This document shows, one piece after another, positions 40,622 to 50,069 of a stretch of 64,000 nucleotides of DNA. The notes beneath the pieces were generated by a model. That model was given only the letters and a program-made list of their open reading frames with translations, searched no databases and was not told the DNA's origin. The position numbers were made by a program, and so were the translations under genes. The DNA lies in the IMG/VR virus record IMGVR_UViG_2648501160_000003, positions 7,251 through 71,250 of that record; one strand, 5' to 3'. The DNA comes from a virus. How positions within the stretch are numbered: position 1 is the first letter of the stretch; every line of letters begins with the position of its first letter.

Positions 40622-41740
40622 CTATTTCTTTCTGCGACTGTAAGCAGTGGCTCCTAAAGCAATCAGAACACCTAAACCAAAACTGCCACCAGATTTATCT
40701 CCTGAATCACCATTACCGTTTGTAGCATTGTCGTCATCACCGACAAAGTCTGGGTCTTCTCCTGAGTTACCACCCACTTCACCCTTGTCAGTGTATGAAG
40801 GCATATTCTCATCAGCAAGAGGATCATAGCTAAACACGGTCATTTGAGCTAATTGGTTAACTACATATTCTTCACCAATCTCAGCAGTGATTGTGTTTTT
40901 AATCCAGTCTACATAGTCAGCAATATTAGTAAATTCAGAGTAGTGATTGTTGTCACAGTTATCCTTGCCGATAGAGGCAATGCCAGCTAGTCGCAGACCT
41001 TTGTTGTTATCCCCTGCATTATTTGGGTTTTTCCAAATTAGTGGAGCGCCAAGATCTCCGTAACACATGCCTTGTGTGTATTCAGGATGTGGAGTAGTAC
41101 CACAATGTGTCAAACGAGTATTGTAACCGTCACACTTATCATTTGGCACACCAGATAGGTAGTCACGCTTTAAAGCGCCATCTAGCGAGCCTTGATAACC
41201 AGTTGTTACAAACAACGGTAAACGCTCCTGGTTCTCTACCCAGAAATCTGATTTTTGCTGTGTTAAAATATTTTCATCTTCGTCAGCGGTCATTAATTGG
41301 ATTACACCGTTCATTGGGAAGCTGCTTTCATTGAACTTGACCAGTGCAATATCGTTTGCATCAGAAGGGTTTCCAGTAGCGCTTGAGTGTACGAAGAACT
41401 TATCGATATTTAGTGTTGCTAGACCTTCACCATCATAATCTGGGAATGATACTTGCACACTTTCGATGTCATTCTTATCAAGACCCTTTGACACATCAAA
41501 GAAACACTGAGCAGAAGTTACAGCCCACTGAGTGTCAATGATTGCACCGCCACATACTTTTGCTTCTTCAACGCCATTCATTGTAGTGATTACCTTAACT
41601 TGCCAAGGGTAATTACTTTCAAGAACTTCAACGCCGCCAGTAGTGACTTGTTCTGTTCCATTAGTGGTGCTTGCTAAAGCAAGAGGGCTTGATACAGCAG
41701 TCATTGCAAGAATAGCAGATAGTAATTTTTTACTTTTCAT
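40622..41740 (-). CDS. secreted trypsin-fold pseudo-protease with GlyGly-CTERM sorting signal
   Basis: Signal peptide. VCGGAIID...WAVTSAQCF carries Gln in place of the catalytic His, NDIALVKF keeps the Asp, and CYGDLGAPL carries Leu in place of the Ser. The C-terminus SGGSFGLGVLIALGATAYSRRKK matches the GlyGly-CTERM/rhombosortase pattern. Confidence 0.55.
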   Translation of the reverse strand: MKSKKLLSAILAMTAVSSPLALASTTNGTEQVTTGGVEVLESNYPWQVKVITTMNGVEEAKVCGGAIIDTQWAVTSAQCFFDVSKGLDKNDIESVQVSFPDYDGEGLATLNIDKFFVHSSATGNPSDANDIALVKFNESSFPMNGVIQLMTADEDENILTQQKSDFWVENQERLPLFVTTGYQGSLDGALKRDYLSGVPNDKCDGYNTRLTHCGTTPHPEYTQGMCYGDLGAPLIWKNPNNAGDNNKGLRLAGIASIGKDNCDNNHYSEFTNIADYVDWIKNTITAEIGEEYVVNQLAQMTVFSYDPLADENMPSYTDKGEVGGNSGEDPDFVGDDDNATNGNGDSGDKSGGSFGLGVLIALGATAYSRRKK

Positions 41741-42478
41741 AAAAACTCCGTTACGGCGTTAAAGCCTTAATAAACTCATTAAAATCAAGATGTTAATCAT
41801 TTTGTATGTTTCGAATTATACTCTTGCAGGATTAGGTGTCAATAATATTTAATGAAATAAGATCAATTTCAAAACTTAATTTGATTTGAATCAATTTCTT
41901 CTTTGGTTCCTAACTTTATGTTTTATTTTATTAACTGTTTTATAGCGGCATGTTACAATATTATAAAAATAATACTGGAAACGGCAATGAACATCATAAA
42001 TCGCTTACAAACTGAATTTTAGTTTTTTTATGAAATAAGTGAGTCACACATTAGACTAAGAAGTGGCCTAGAAATAAAACTTACTGATTGGTACGGAAGT
42101 CCTTTGAGGAATTTTTTAATTCAAATTCTAAAATGGAGAAGATCAAAACCATTCTGAATATGGATAATGTCACTTATCCCGATGGAAATTCATTCGTGAA
42201 CGGTGAAGACAGACTCTTAGTTCCATTGAGCTGTATACGTCGATAAAACTTAGTCATACGGTTTTCCAAAAGGAACAGATGGAGAGATATTGATCGGTTT
42301 GACTTTAAAGAGTGGAAGCATCATTCAGATAGAGAGGAGAAATCCCGAACCACGACTGTCTCAGGGGATTGATTTTTAATCAGTTTAAGCGGGCTTTGCC
42401 TGCTTTATTTTTTTATTGATATTTAAAACATCTAATGTATCATGGTAAAAATAAACAATTAAATAAATAAAAAATTTT

Positions 42479-43504
42479 ATGAATGATATAATAAAAAGAT
42501 TGCGATCTGATTTCGGCATATATCGACAATCTCCTGTTGGAAAAAGGATAGGTTACAGTTTTTGGTTTCATGTCTCTTATGCAGACCGCTTTGGTGTTGA
42601 AATTGAGAAATTCTTAAATTCACCAAAAATTGATTTCATGCCGACTATAATCAAAATTAACTTTAAAACAAATGCAATATCATTGATTCAATGCGATGGA
42701 TTTGACAGTGAAGATTGCCCTGTAATTGGCAAGGTTTTAACCTTCAAACAAGACGGATCTTGTAAGCTAACTCAACAAAGCGAAAATCCTTTTATCTACC
42801 ATCATAAATGGCTTTTTGTAGCCGATGATTACAATGGCTTTGACATAAATCAATCAAAATTGTACTCATATGTATGGAAGTCCCTATTAGGTGTTGATTC
42901 GTCAGTATCCAGCATAATAGGCAGATATAACTGTTGGTGTGAAATCTTAAAAAAACACAAAATTGAAAATTTAACAAAGCTCTGGCTTGACTATGACCAA
43001 ATAGTATCATCAAAAAAAACATCTATGAATTCGAGAAATAAACCGAAAATTTTTGGACTTGGGTGTGATTTGGGCTTGTTTAGAGATAACACTGTCAATT
43101 TGGATATAGGGGGCGGTAAGTTTGAGACAGGTACAGCGTATCTATCTAAGATTGGAGTAACAAACTTAATTATCGATCCGTTTAACCGCCCTGTAATTGA
43201 TAACGCAAATTCCATTATTCAATCCAAAAAACACGGTGTTGACACAGTTACAATTAGCAACGTGCTTAATGTAATAATTGAAGATACTGTGAAGCTAAAA
43301 CTTATAGAACAAGCATTCGACGCTTTAAATGATGATGGAACGCTTTTGGTTACATGCTATGAAGGAAATCGCAGTGGTGTTGGTTGCTTTTCTTCTAAAG
43401 ATAGCTGGCAGGAAAACAAAAAAACTGCTGAATACTTGCCCCTCATACGTAAGATTTTTCCGAAATCTCACATTAAAAAGGGGTTAATCATAGCTAAAAA
43501 GTGA
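42479..43504 (+). CDS. hypothetical protein (possible Rossmann-fold methyltransferase)
   Basis: 341-aa ORF. LDIGGGKFETG resembles SAM-binding motif I, which is weak evidence. Confidence 0.35.
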   Translation: MNDIIKRLRSDFGIYRQSPVGKRIGYSFWFHVSYADRFGVEIEKFLNSPKIDFMPTIIKINFKTNAISLIQCDGFDSEDCPVIGKVLTFKQDGSCKLTQQSENPFIYHHKWLFVADDYNGFDINQSKLYSYVWKSLLGVDSSVSSIIGRYNCWCEILKKHKIENLTKLWLDYDQIVSSKKTSMNSRNKPKIFGLGCDLGLFRDNTVNLDIGGGKFETGTAYLSKIGVTNLIIDPFNRPVIDNANSIIQSKKHGVDTVTISNVLNVIIEDTVKLKLIEQAFDALNDDGTLLVTCYEGNRSGVGCFSSKDSWQENKKTAEYLPLIRKIFPKSHIKKGLIIAKK

Positions 43505-43528
43505 GCCTCAATTGAGGCTCATCTATCA

Positions 43529-44431
43529 TTATAAATCATAGTCGAATAGAAGATTATAGTCGTGCGTATATATTACGGATTTTAGAATACATATTTCTTT
43601 TTCATTGACGCAGTCAAGTTGTAAAAGTGACTCGTAAATACTCATAAGAACATCACTGGTCTCAAGAGCTGTTAATTCAATCAGACCATTTTTATCTGTG
43701 TTTCGATAGACTTCAAAATCATCAGATGAATATTTGTCAGCAATGATTAGTGGAATGTAGAGTTTAATATTATCGAGCAGCGTTTTCATGAAGTTGCTTC
43801 TATTCGTCGCAATTTCAATTGTTTCTAGACTAAAAAATAATTCACTCAAAGACTCATGAGTACAATGTGAAATGGATTTAGAAATAATTGATTTAGCTAT
43901 CTTTATTAAGTATTTAGAGCGTGTTGATTGAATTGTTAATTCAGAGATTCGCTCATAAGATTCTTTTAAAGCGATTAAGATTTTATCTTCTGAGTCAATG
44001 AGAGCATACTTAATATTGCGGGAAAGTTTTGATGCTAATACGCTATATTGTTCTTCTTTGTGCATTAACAGATCAATGTTCTTTTGAGAATATCCGACTT
44101 TATCATTACTTATTTGAGAACCATAAACCTTTGAAATTGCATTAAGTTCCCTTATTACCTTAGCTTCCAACTCAGAAATTTTATAAATAACATCTGTTTT
44201 AAAAAACTTACCATCTGGTTTGTATGCTTTTATTGTTTCTATTAAGTTCAGCTCGGCTTGTTCTATTACCTGGCTCACTAAGCATTTCGAGTTCACATCA
44301 ATTTTTGTAAGTCGAAAGTCTGACTCATGAAGATGGAATGATTTGGATAGCGCAATAAATTGACTAATTTTACTGTTCATAGTGTTTTTACCTTTATTTA
44401 TTATTGTTATTTGAAACATCGATAGTAACAA
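43529..44431 (-). CDS. hypothetical protein
   Basis: 300-aa ORF. Confidence 0.4.
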   Translation of the reverse strand: MLLSMFQITIINKGKNTMNSKISQFIALSKSFHLHESDFRLTKIDVNSKCLVSQVIEQAELNLIETIKAYKPDGKFFKTDVIYKISELEAKVIRELNAISKVYGSQISNDKVGYSQKNIDLLMHKEEQYSVLASKLSRNIKYALIDSEDKILIALKESYERISELTIQSTRSKYLIKIAKSIISKSISHCTHESLSELFFSLETIEIATNRSNFMKTLLDNIKLYIPLIIADKYSSDDFEVYRNTDKNGLIELTALETSDVLMSIYESLLQLDCVNEKEICILKSVIYTHDYNLLFDYDL

Positions 44432-44816
44432 TTACTGGTTTAAAGGTAAAACCAAAAACACGATATTGAATTTAACAACTCATAAATTACACAGTTAATA
44501 AAATAATTAATAAAAAGTGTTGTATTATTTTAAAAATACTTGTATATTTTATTTAATGTATATCGGAACGCGGTTACATTTCTTTGTTGTTTCATTTCTT
44601 TTCCAAGAGTTGGTCTTGTTGCTTAGCAGCAAGACTTTACTCTTTCTAAATGACTAAATATTCAATTCCTTGCACAGCGATAAGAGACGTATTTATCTTA
44701 AACCTTTATCAGAATTGCCCAGTTTCCTTTACATGCATGATAAACAAAGAACGTTTGACCATTAAATTGTTTAGGCATATACTCGATGATTATCAACTCA
44801 TATCAAACAAGGGTAT

Positions 44817-45482
44817 ATGATGATTTTGCATACATATGATCTCCTACGGAGTATACATGCTGTTAACGCAGCGTCTAAAGCAACTCTCAAGAACCCTTCC
44901 GAGATGACTGGTTTTCATAGAAAAGCAATCCAGTTAATGGATGAGCTAGACATTGACTTCAATGACTTATACACATTGAAAAATCGAGGGATTGCTTTCG
45001 CATTACAGGAAGGGATACTTCAATACCTATATCATCACAATGGCAAGCCTGTATACGCTGGTGTAGAGGATGGGTTTAAGTTTTTCTTTCATACCCCAAC
45101 GGAAATGACACCAGATCCAAAATTGGACTTTGATGAAAACCTACACTTGAATCTGATTGAAAATCAACAGAACAACACATTTACCCCTGTGTCTTTGATA
45201 ACTGCTATCAAAAACCTACAAAGCCTGCCTTCTGGACGAACCAATACGTCAATGGACGATTTCAAACCAAATCCAGTCCGATACGAAGGTCAAGGTAAGC
45301 ATAATATTGAAGCCGTAAACAAAAAGGTCATCAAAGAATATATGGTAAATGGATTTAGTTTTTCTCAATTACTTGAGGAAAATGATCTTGAACCAACCAG
45401 TTTCTACTCGGGGGAAACGAAACCTGGTCTTTATGGTCAGCACAGAGCGGGTCAGATCAGGAATAGAAAGTATAACAATTAA
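44817..45482 (+). CDS. hypothetical protein
   Basis: 221-aa ORF followed by a terminator at 45484..45512. Confidence 0.4.
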   Translation: MMILHTYDLLRSIHAVNAASKATLKNPSEMTGFHRKAIQLMDELDIDFNDLYTLKNRGIAFALQEGILQYLYHHNGKPVYAGVEDGFKFFFHTPTEMTPDPKLDFDENLHLNLIENQQNNTFTPVSLITAIKNLQSLPSGRTNTSMDDFKPNPVRYEGQGKHNIEAVNKKVIKEYMVNGFSFSQLLEENDLEPTSFYSGETKPGLYGQHRAGQIRNRKYNN

Positions 45483-45841
45483 TAAAAGAGCCTGCTTAGC
45501 AGGCTCTTTTATTAGAACCATATGTAATGGTTCACTTTATCGAATTCAACATTGTACACCAAAATCGCGGGAAGATAGCGCTCGTATAACAAAAATGCGA
45601 GCGCGTAGCTCCGTCCTTTAGGTCGGAGGAGCGAGCACTACTTGGAGTCACGTTTAAGCTTTTCTTCGCAGGCTTGCTTTACCCAAGCCGCAAATGGTGT
45701 TTTGCCTCTAGCTTTGTTAATTCGTTCTAGCAGGTCGCCAAAGCGTATTTGCTTTCTGTCTGTATTATCGCGTTTCTTCTCTTGCAATGGTACGTACCGT
45801 TAGTTAATATCTGGTACGTACCTTATCACTGAGTTGTTATC

Positions 45842-46728
45842 GTGAAAATAGAAAAAGCCTACAAATTCAAATTAGAACCAACGTCAGAGCAAGCAGGAAA
45901 ACTGGCTCAAATGACGGGGTGTGGGCGTGTGGTTTTCAATGACAGCCTTGAGTATGTGCTTAACATCATTAAAAAGTCGATTCCAATTACAGATAAAAAA
46001 GCACTTTATAAGCATCTTAATGATTTAGCGTTCAAAGAACGCAAGTTGCTTAAAAAGTCTTTTCCTAATTCTGCTTTTTTAAACAAACAATTAACGTCAT
46101 GGAAAAAGCTCAATCATCGGTTATGGTTAGATAATGCGTTTACGGATTGTTTGCAGCAGCGCCAGCGTGATTTTGTCAAAGCGTTGGATGAATGGTCGAA
46201 AGGGAAGCGCGGATTTCCCGTATTTAGGGCACGAAAAATTGCTCATCACTCAACAATGCGGTTTCCCGCACCTAAAAAACAGATCAGCATTCAAAATAAG
46301 CACATCAAATTACCTAACGGTCTTGGCTTGGTTCGTTATCACAATAGCCAACCTGTAATTGGTGAGTTGCGTAATGCTACCGTATCGCTTAATGCCGTTG
46401 GTGAGTGGTATATCTCTATTATGTGTTTGGTTGAGATTGAGCCACCAACGCACGTACAGGGTGAAATGACAGGTATTGATATGGGTATCGCCAAGAACAT
46501 GACCTTATCCACGGATTTTTGTGGAAATGAGGGTGTTTTTGAGGGTATCCATTCTTTCAGGGCTTATCAAGATAAGATAGCCATCGAGCAACGCAAATTA
46601 TCTCGAAAGGTGTTGGGTTCAGAGAACTGGAAGAAACAAAAACTCAAAGTAAGCAAGCTGCATCAACGCATTACCAACATTCGCAAAGACTACCAACATA
46701 AAGCTACATCTGAAATCAGCAAGAACCA
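45842..46728 (+). CDS. tnpB: TnpB-family endonuclease, exon 1 (interrupted by group II intron)
   Basis: KAYKFKLEPTSEQAGKLAQMTGCGRVVFN N-terminus and RuvC-I GIDMGIA. Homology ends at ...SEISKNQ, exactly where GTGCG begins. The remainder of the 468-aa ORF is read-through into the intron. Confidence 0.7.
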
Positions 46729-49252
46729 GTGCGCCTCTGTGGCGACACAAACCGTAACTCAAGGAATGAGTCACCCTATGGTAAACGGGTGTAAAGCACT
46801 ATACCTACCTGAGAGGGAAACCTCGAAAGGGAAAAAAGCATGTATAGAAAAAATGCGTGAGGGGAAGTTGTCATCTCCAATATGCGTAGAAGCTAAGATC
46901 GATATGGCAAAGCCTGATTGGTTGAATCCTAGACAAGATTGGGACAATGCTGACCCTATACCCACGACAACTAACGGGTATGTCTGCACATCTGAAGTAT
47001 ACGTGGTTTGTACTCCAGAATACCATTGTGCGGAAATCATACGTGATAAGCGTAATAGTCGAACGGGATGCCTAAGTCGGTCACGGAACGGTTGTGCCGT
47101 AACTGGGGGATCATCTAAGGGGAGCAATCCCTATGATGACGGAGTTTCCATAGTAGCCGATGACCTCACGGTCTATACGGGGCATGTAATGATGCCAGAA
47201 GGTAAAGGGAAGCAGGATAAACTTCGAAAGGAAGGTGAGTTATGGTGAAGTGCCATAAAGGGCTTGCCCGAATAGAGAAAATTCGTGAAATTAATGAATC
47301 CAAGACCAATTGGGTCAATAAAAACCTCTACAAGCTACTACTTGACCGTGAGCTACTTATCACCGCCTACGAATCAATTAAGAGTAAGCAGGGCAATATG
47401 ACCCAAGGCGTGGACGGGAAAACCCTCGACGGCTTTTCTATGGGAGTAATCGACAACATCATCGCTAAACTCAGCGACGAAAGTTTCATCTTCTCCCCTG
47501 CCAGAAGGGTTCTGATACCCAAAGCAAATGGGAAAACCAGACCGCTAGGTATCGCACCGCCAGTGGAGAAAGTGGTACAAAAGGCAATTGAAATAATACT
47601 CACCGCCATATACGAACCATCATTCTCCGCACACAGTCACGGCTTTCGACCAGAGCGTGGATGCCATACAGCACTCAAAGAGATCAAAGATACTTGGACG
47701 GGTACAGTGTGGTTCGTGGAAGGAGACATTAAGAGCTACTTTGACGAAATTAACCATCACAAACTGATCGAAATACTTAGAAAGAGAATCAACGACGAAA
47801 GATTCCTAAATCTTATATGGAAATCCCTAAGAGCTGGATACCTAGTAACCAGTGGAGTTCAAGCGAAAAGTAAACCGCAAATGCGATTAAGCACCAAAGG
47901 TCTACAATTCCGTGCTACGAGCGAAGGGACACCACAAGGGAGCATTATTAGCCCTATTCTGGCAAACATCTACCTACACGAATTCGATACGAAAGTAGAA
48001 GAGTGGTGTATGGAGCTTCGCCAAGGAGAAAGCAAAAGTGCACCTAAATCCAAGATTTATGGGAAGATGGCTGACCGATGCTCCAGACTCAGAATGAAAC
48101 TGGACGGAAAGGTCAAGATGATGAGAGGGGAAACCCGAACATCCGTACTAGAAGAACTCTCTAGGTTAAAAACAGAAATGCTAAACACTAAATCATCCGA
48201 AGATGGTTGGGTGAGAGTAAAGTACGTGCGATACGCCGATGACTGGATAGTCGGAATCAATGGGGATAAACAAGTGGCAACCGAATTCAAGCGTCGGGCG
48301 ACCAAATGGTTAGCCGACAACCTTGATCTAACGTTGTCACCCGAAAAGACCCAAATAACGCACGCTGTAAGAGGAAATGCCAAATTCTTAGGGACAACCA
48401 TTCGCACAAGCAAGGGTTTCCTCAAGAAACGCATAGCCAACGGTAGACCAACCATGATGAGAACAGGGGTAGGTTCAATACACCTCAAAGCTCCAATGAG
48501 TGAAATCATCCGTAAGCTTGCTGAAAAAGGATTCTGTCGAATGGCGGATAAACGACCGACCGCAAAACGCGAGTGGTTAGTGTACAAAGAGTGGGAAATA
48601 GTAGAGCGATACAACTCAGTATTGAGGGGGATACTCAACTACTACTCTTTTGCGTATAACCGAAGCGAACTACAGAGTGTACATTACATTCTCAAGTTCT
48701 CACTCGCACACACGCTCGCCAACAGACGACGCACCTCTATTAGTAAGGTACTAAAAGCAGGTAAAGGTAGTCCTACAGCCTACAAGGAAACCAAAGAAGG
48801 AACCAAGGTGGTTAAATTTGAAGCCCCAAGCTTCAAGGTAAACACCAAAGATTTCAGAACTGGTGCCTCACTAAGCAATGTAGCTTACACATACTTCAAC
48901 AAGCGAAGTAGAAGTAAACTAGGGGCGCACTGCGTAATCTGTCGTGAAACGGAGGGGGTGGTAATGCACCACGTCCGACATGTAAGAAAAATGGGCGAAA
49001 AGGTTAAAGGATTCAACAGACTGATGGCTGTATTAAACAGGAAGCAAATACCAGTATGCTCGGAATGCCACCATTCTATACATACAGGCAAATATGACGG
49101 GATGCCCCTGAGTAGCTTCGCTGATTATGCACTGGCATCTGCATAACACGAATGTTTATCTGGAGAGCGCAGTGCGTTGAAAGGCGCACGCTGCGTTCGG
49201 AGGCAGGTTATTGATATCCATAACTGGAGTTGGTAATCGAGCCTACCGCAAT
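46729..49252 (+). mobile_element. group II intron (about 2.5 kb) with intron-encoded RT/maturase/HNH protein
   Basis: 5' GTGCGCC start. About 510 nt of domains I-III lie before the ORF. Domain V GAGCGCAGTGCGTTGAAAGGCGCACGCTGCGTTC is at 49165..49198. The 3' end ...CCGCAAT directly precedes the resumption of TnpB homology in frame. Confidence 0.75.
47242..49146 (+). CDS. group II intron-encoded protein (reverse transcriptase, maturase X, HNH endonuclease)
   Basis: RT motifs TPQGSIISPILANIYLHEFD and YVRYADDWIVG (YADD). C-terminal HNH: CVICRE...HHVRHV...CSECHHSIH. Confidence 0.85.
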   Translation: MVKCHKGLARIEKIREINESKTNWVNKNLYKLLLDRELLITAYESIKSKQGNMTQGVDGKTLDGFSMGVIDNIIAKLSDESFIFSPARRVLIPKANGKTRPLGIAPPVEKVVQKAIEIILTAIYEPSFSAHSHGFRPERGCHTALKEIKDTWTGTVWFVEGDIKSYFDEINHHKLIEILRKRINDERFLNLIWKSLRAGYLVTSGVQAKSKPQMRLSTKGLQFRATSEGTPQGSIISPILANIYLHEFDTKVEEWCMELRQGESKSAPKSKIYGKMADRCSRLRMKLDGKVKMMRGETRTSVLEELSRLKTEMLNTKSSEDGWVRVKYVRYADDWIVGINGDKQVATEFKRRATKWLADNLDLTLSPEKTQITHAVRGNAKFLGTTIRTSKGFLKKRIANGRPTMMRTGVGSIHLKAPMSEIIRKLAEKGFCRMADKRPTAKREWLVYKEWEIVERYNSVLRGILNYYSFAYNRSELQSVHYILKFSLAHTLANRRRTSISKVLKAGKGSPTAYKETKEGTKVVKFEAPSFKVNTKDFRTGASLSNVAYTYFNKRSRSKLGAHCVICRETEGVVMHHVRHVRKMGEKVKGFNRLMAVLNRKQIPVCSECHHSIHTGKYDGMPLSSFADYALASA

Positions 49253-49613
49253 GGTTATCTGTGAGGCTTTAAAAGTTGCGAATATGAGTAAATCAGCGAA
49301 AGGTGACAGCGAAAACCACGGCAAGAATGTCGCAGCTAAATCGGGATTGAATAAGTCCATTCTAGATCAAGGTTGGCACGAATTACGTCGCCAGCTTGAG
49401 TATAAGATGCGCTGGAAGGGCGGGATTTATGGAGAAGTAAATCCACGCAATACCAGCCGTGAATGTGCTTCCTGTGGTCATACTGAAAAGGAAAACCGCA
49501 AAACTCAGGCAGAGTTTATTTGCCAGTCCTGCGGTCATTCAGATAATGCCGATAAAAACGCTGCTAAAGTGATCTTAAATCGCTATTTACGCGAGTTAGA
49601 ACAAGCGGCATAA
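49253..49613 (+). CDS. tnpB: TnpB-family endonuclease, exon 2
   Basis: VICEALKVANM (RuvC-II E), zinc finger CASCG...CQSCG, RuvC-III SDNADKNAAKVI. The frame is continuous with exon 1 if the intron spans 46729..49252. Confidence 0.65.
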
Positions 49614-49724
49614 GCAATTAATCAGGTTCGGGCAGAGCCGTAGCGTCTGTGAAGTGAATTGCATTAGTGATCAGCAGCAGAAAGTTGATGATAGAGTGAT
49701 TTGTCATCGCCTGTATTCAGGAAT

Positions 49725-49747
49725 CACCGTCCTTCAGGGCGGTGAGC
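49725..49747. repeat. hairpin 3' of intron-containing tnpB (CACCGTCCTTCAGGGCGGTGAGC)
   Basis: The palindrome shares its CCTTCAGGG loop with the hairpin upstream of TnpB copy 1 (12385..12406), and its GGGCGGTGAG arm with the hairpin 3' of TnpB copy 2. Confidence 0.45.
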
Positions 49748-50069
49748 ATGTCAAAAAGCCCTCGGATGTTGAGACGTCCACAGCCAGAACAGGATCTATA
49801 ATGTAATCCCCTATTACTATCCATTTTCTGTCTATAAGTCCCATTTCCGTTATCACTTTTCCGCTAACAATTTTCGTTACACTTAACAGTTCGAGACTTA
49901 AAGATTTCTTGAGATTATATCCAATTATCTCTACTGCATTTTTTGCAACGATATCTTGTGCGCTTTTTAATGATATTAATTGTTAATTCTTCTAGCTTCT
50001 TTTTAATGCTCTTTCCTAAAATAGAAAAGCGCCAGCGATTAACTGGCGCTCTGATTTTAAATAATAAAA

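Noticed and set aside
46729-47248. C-terminal 170 aa of the 468-aa ORF (45842..47248) as genuine TnpB sequence
   Set aside because: TnpB similarity stops exactly at the GTGCG intron boundary. The remainder is fortuitous read-through of intron domains I-III.
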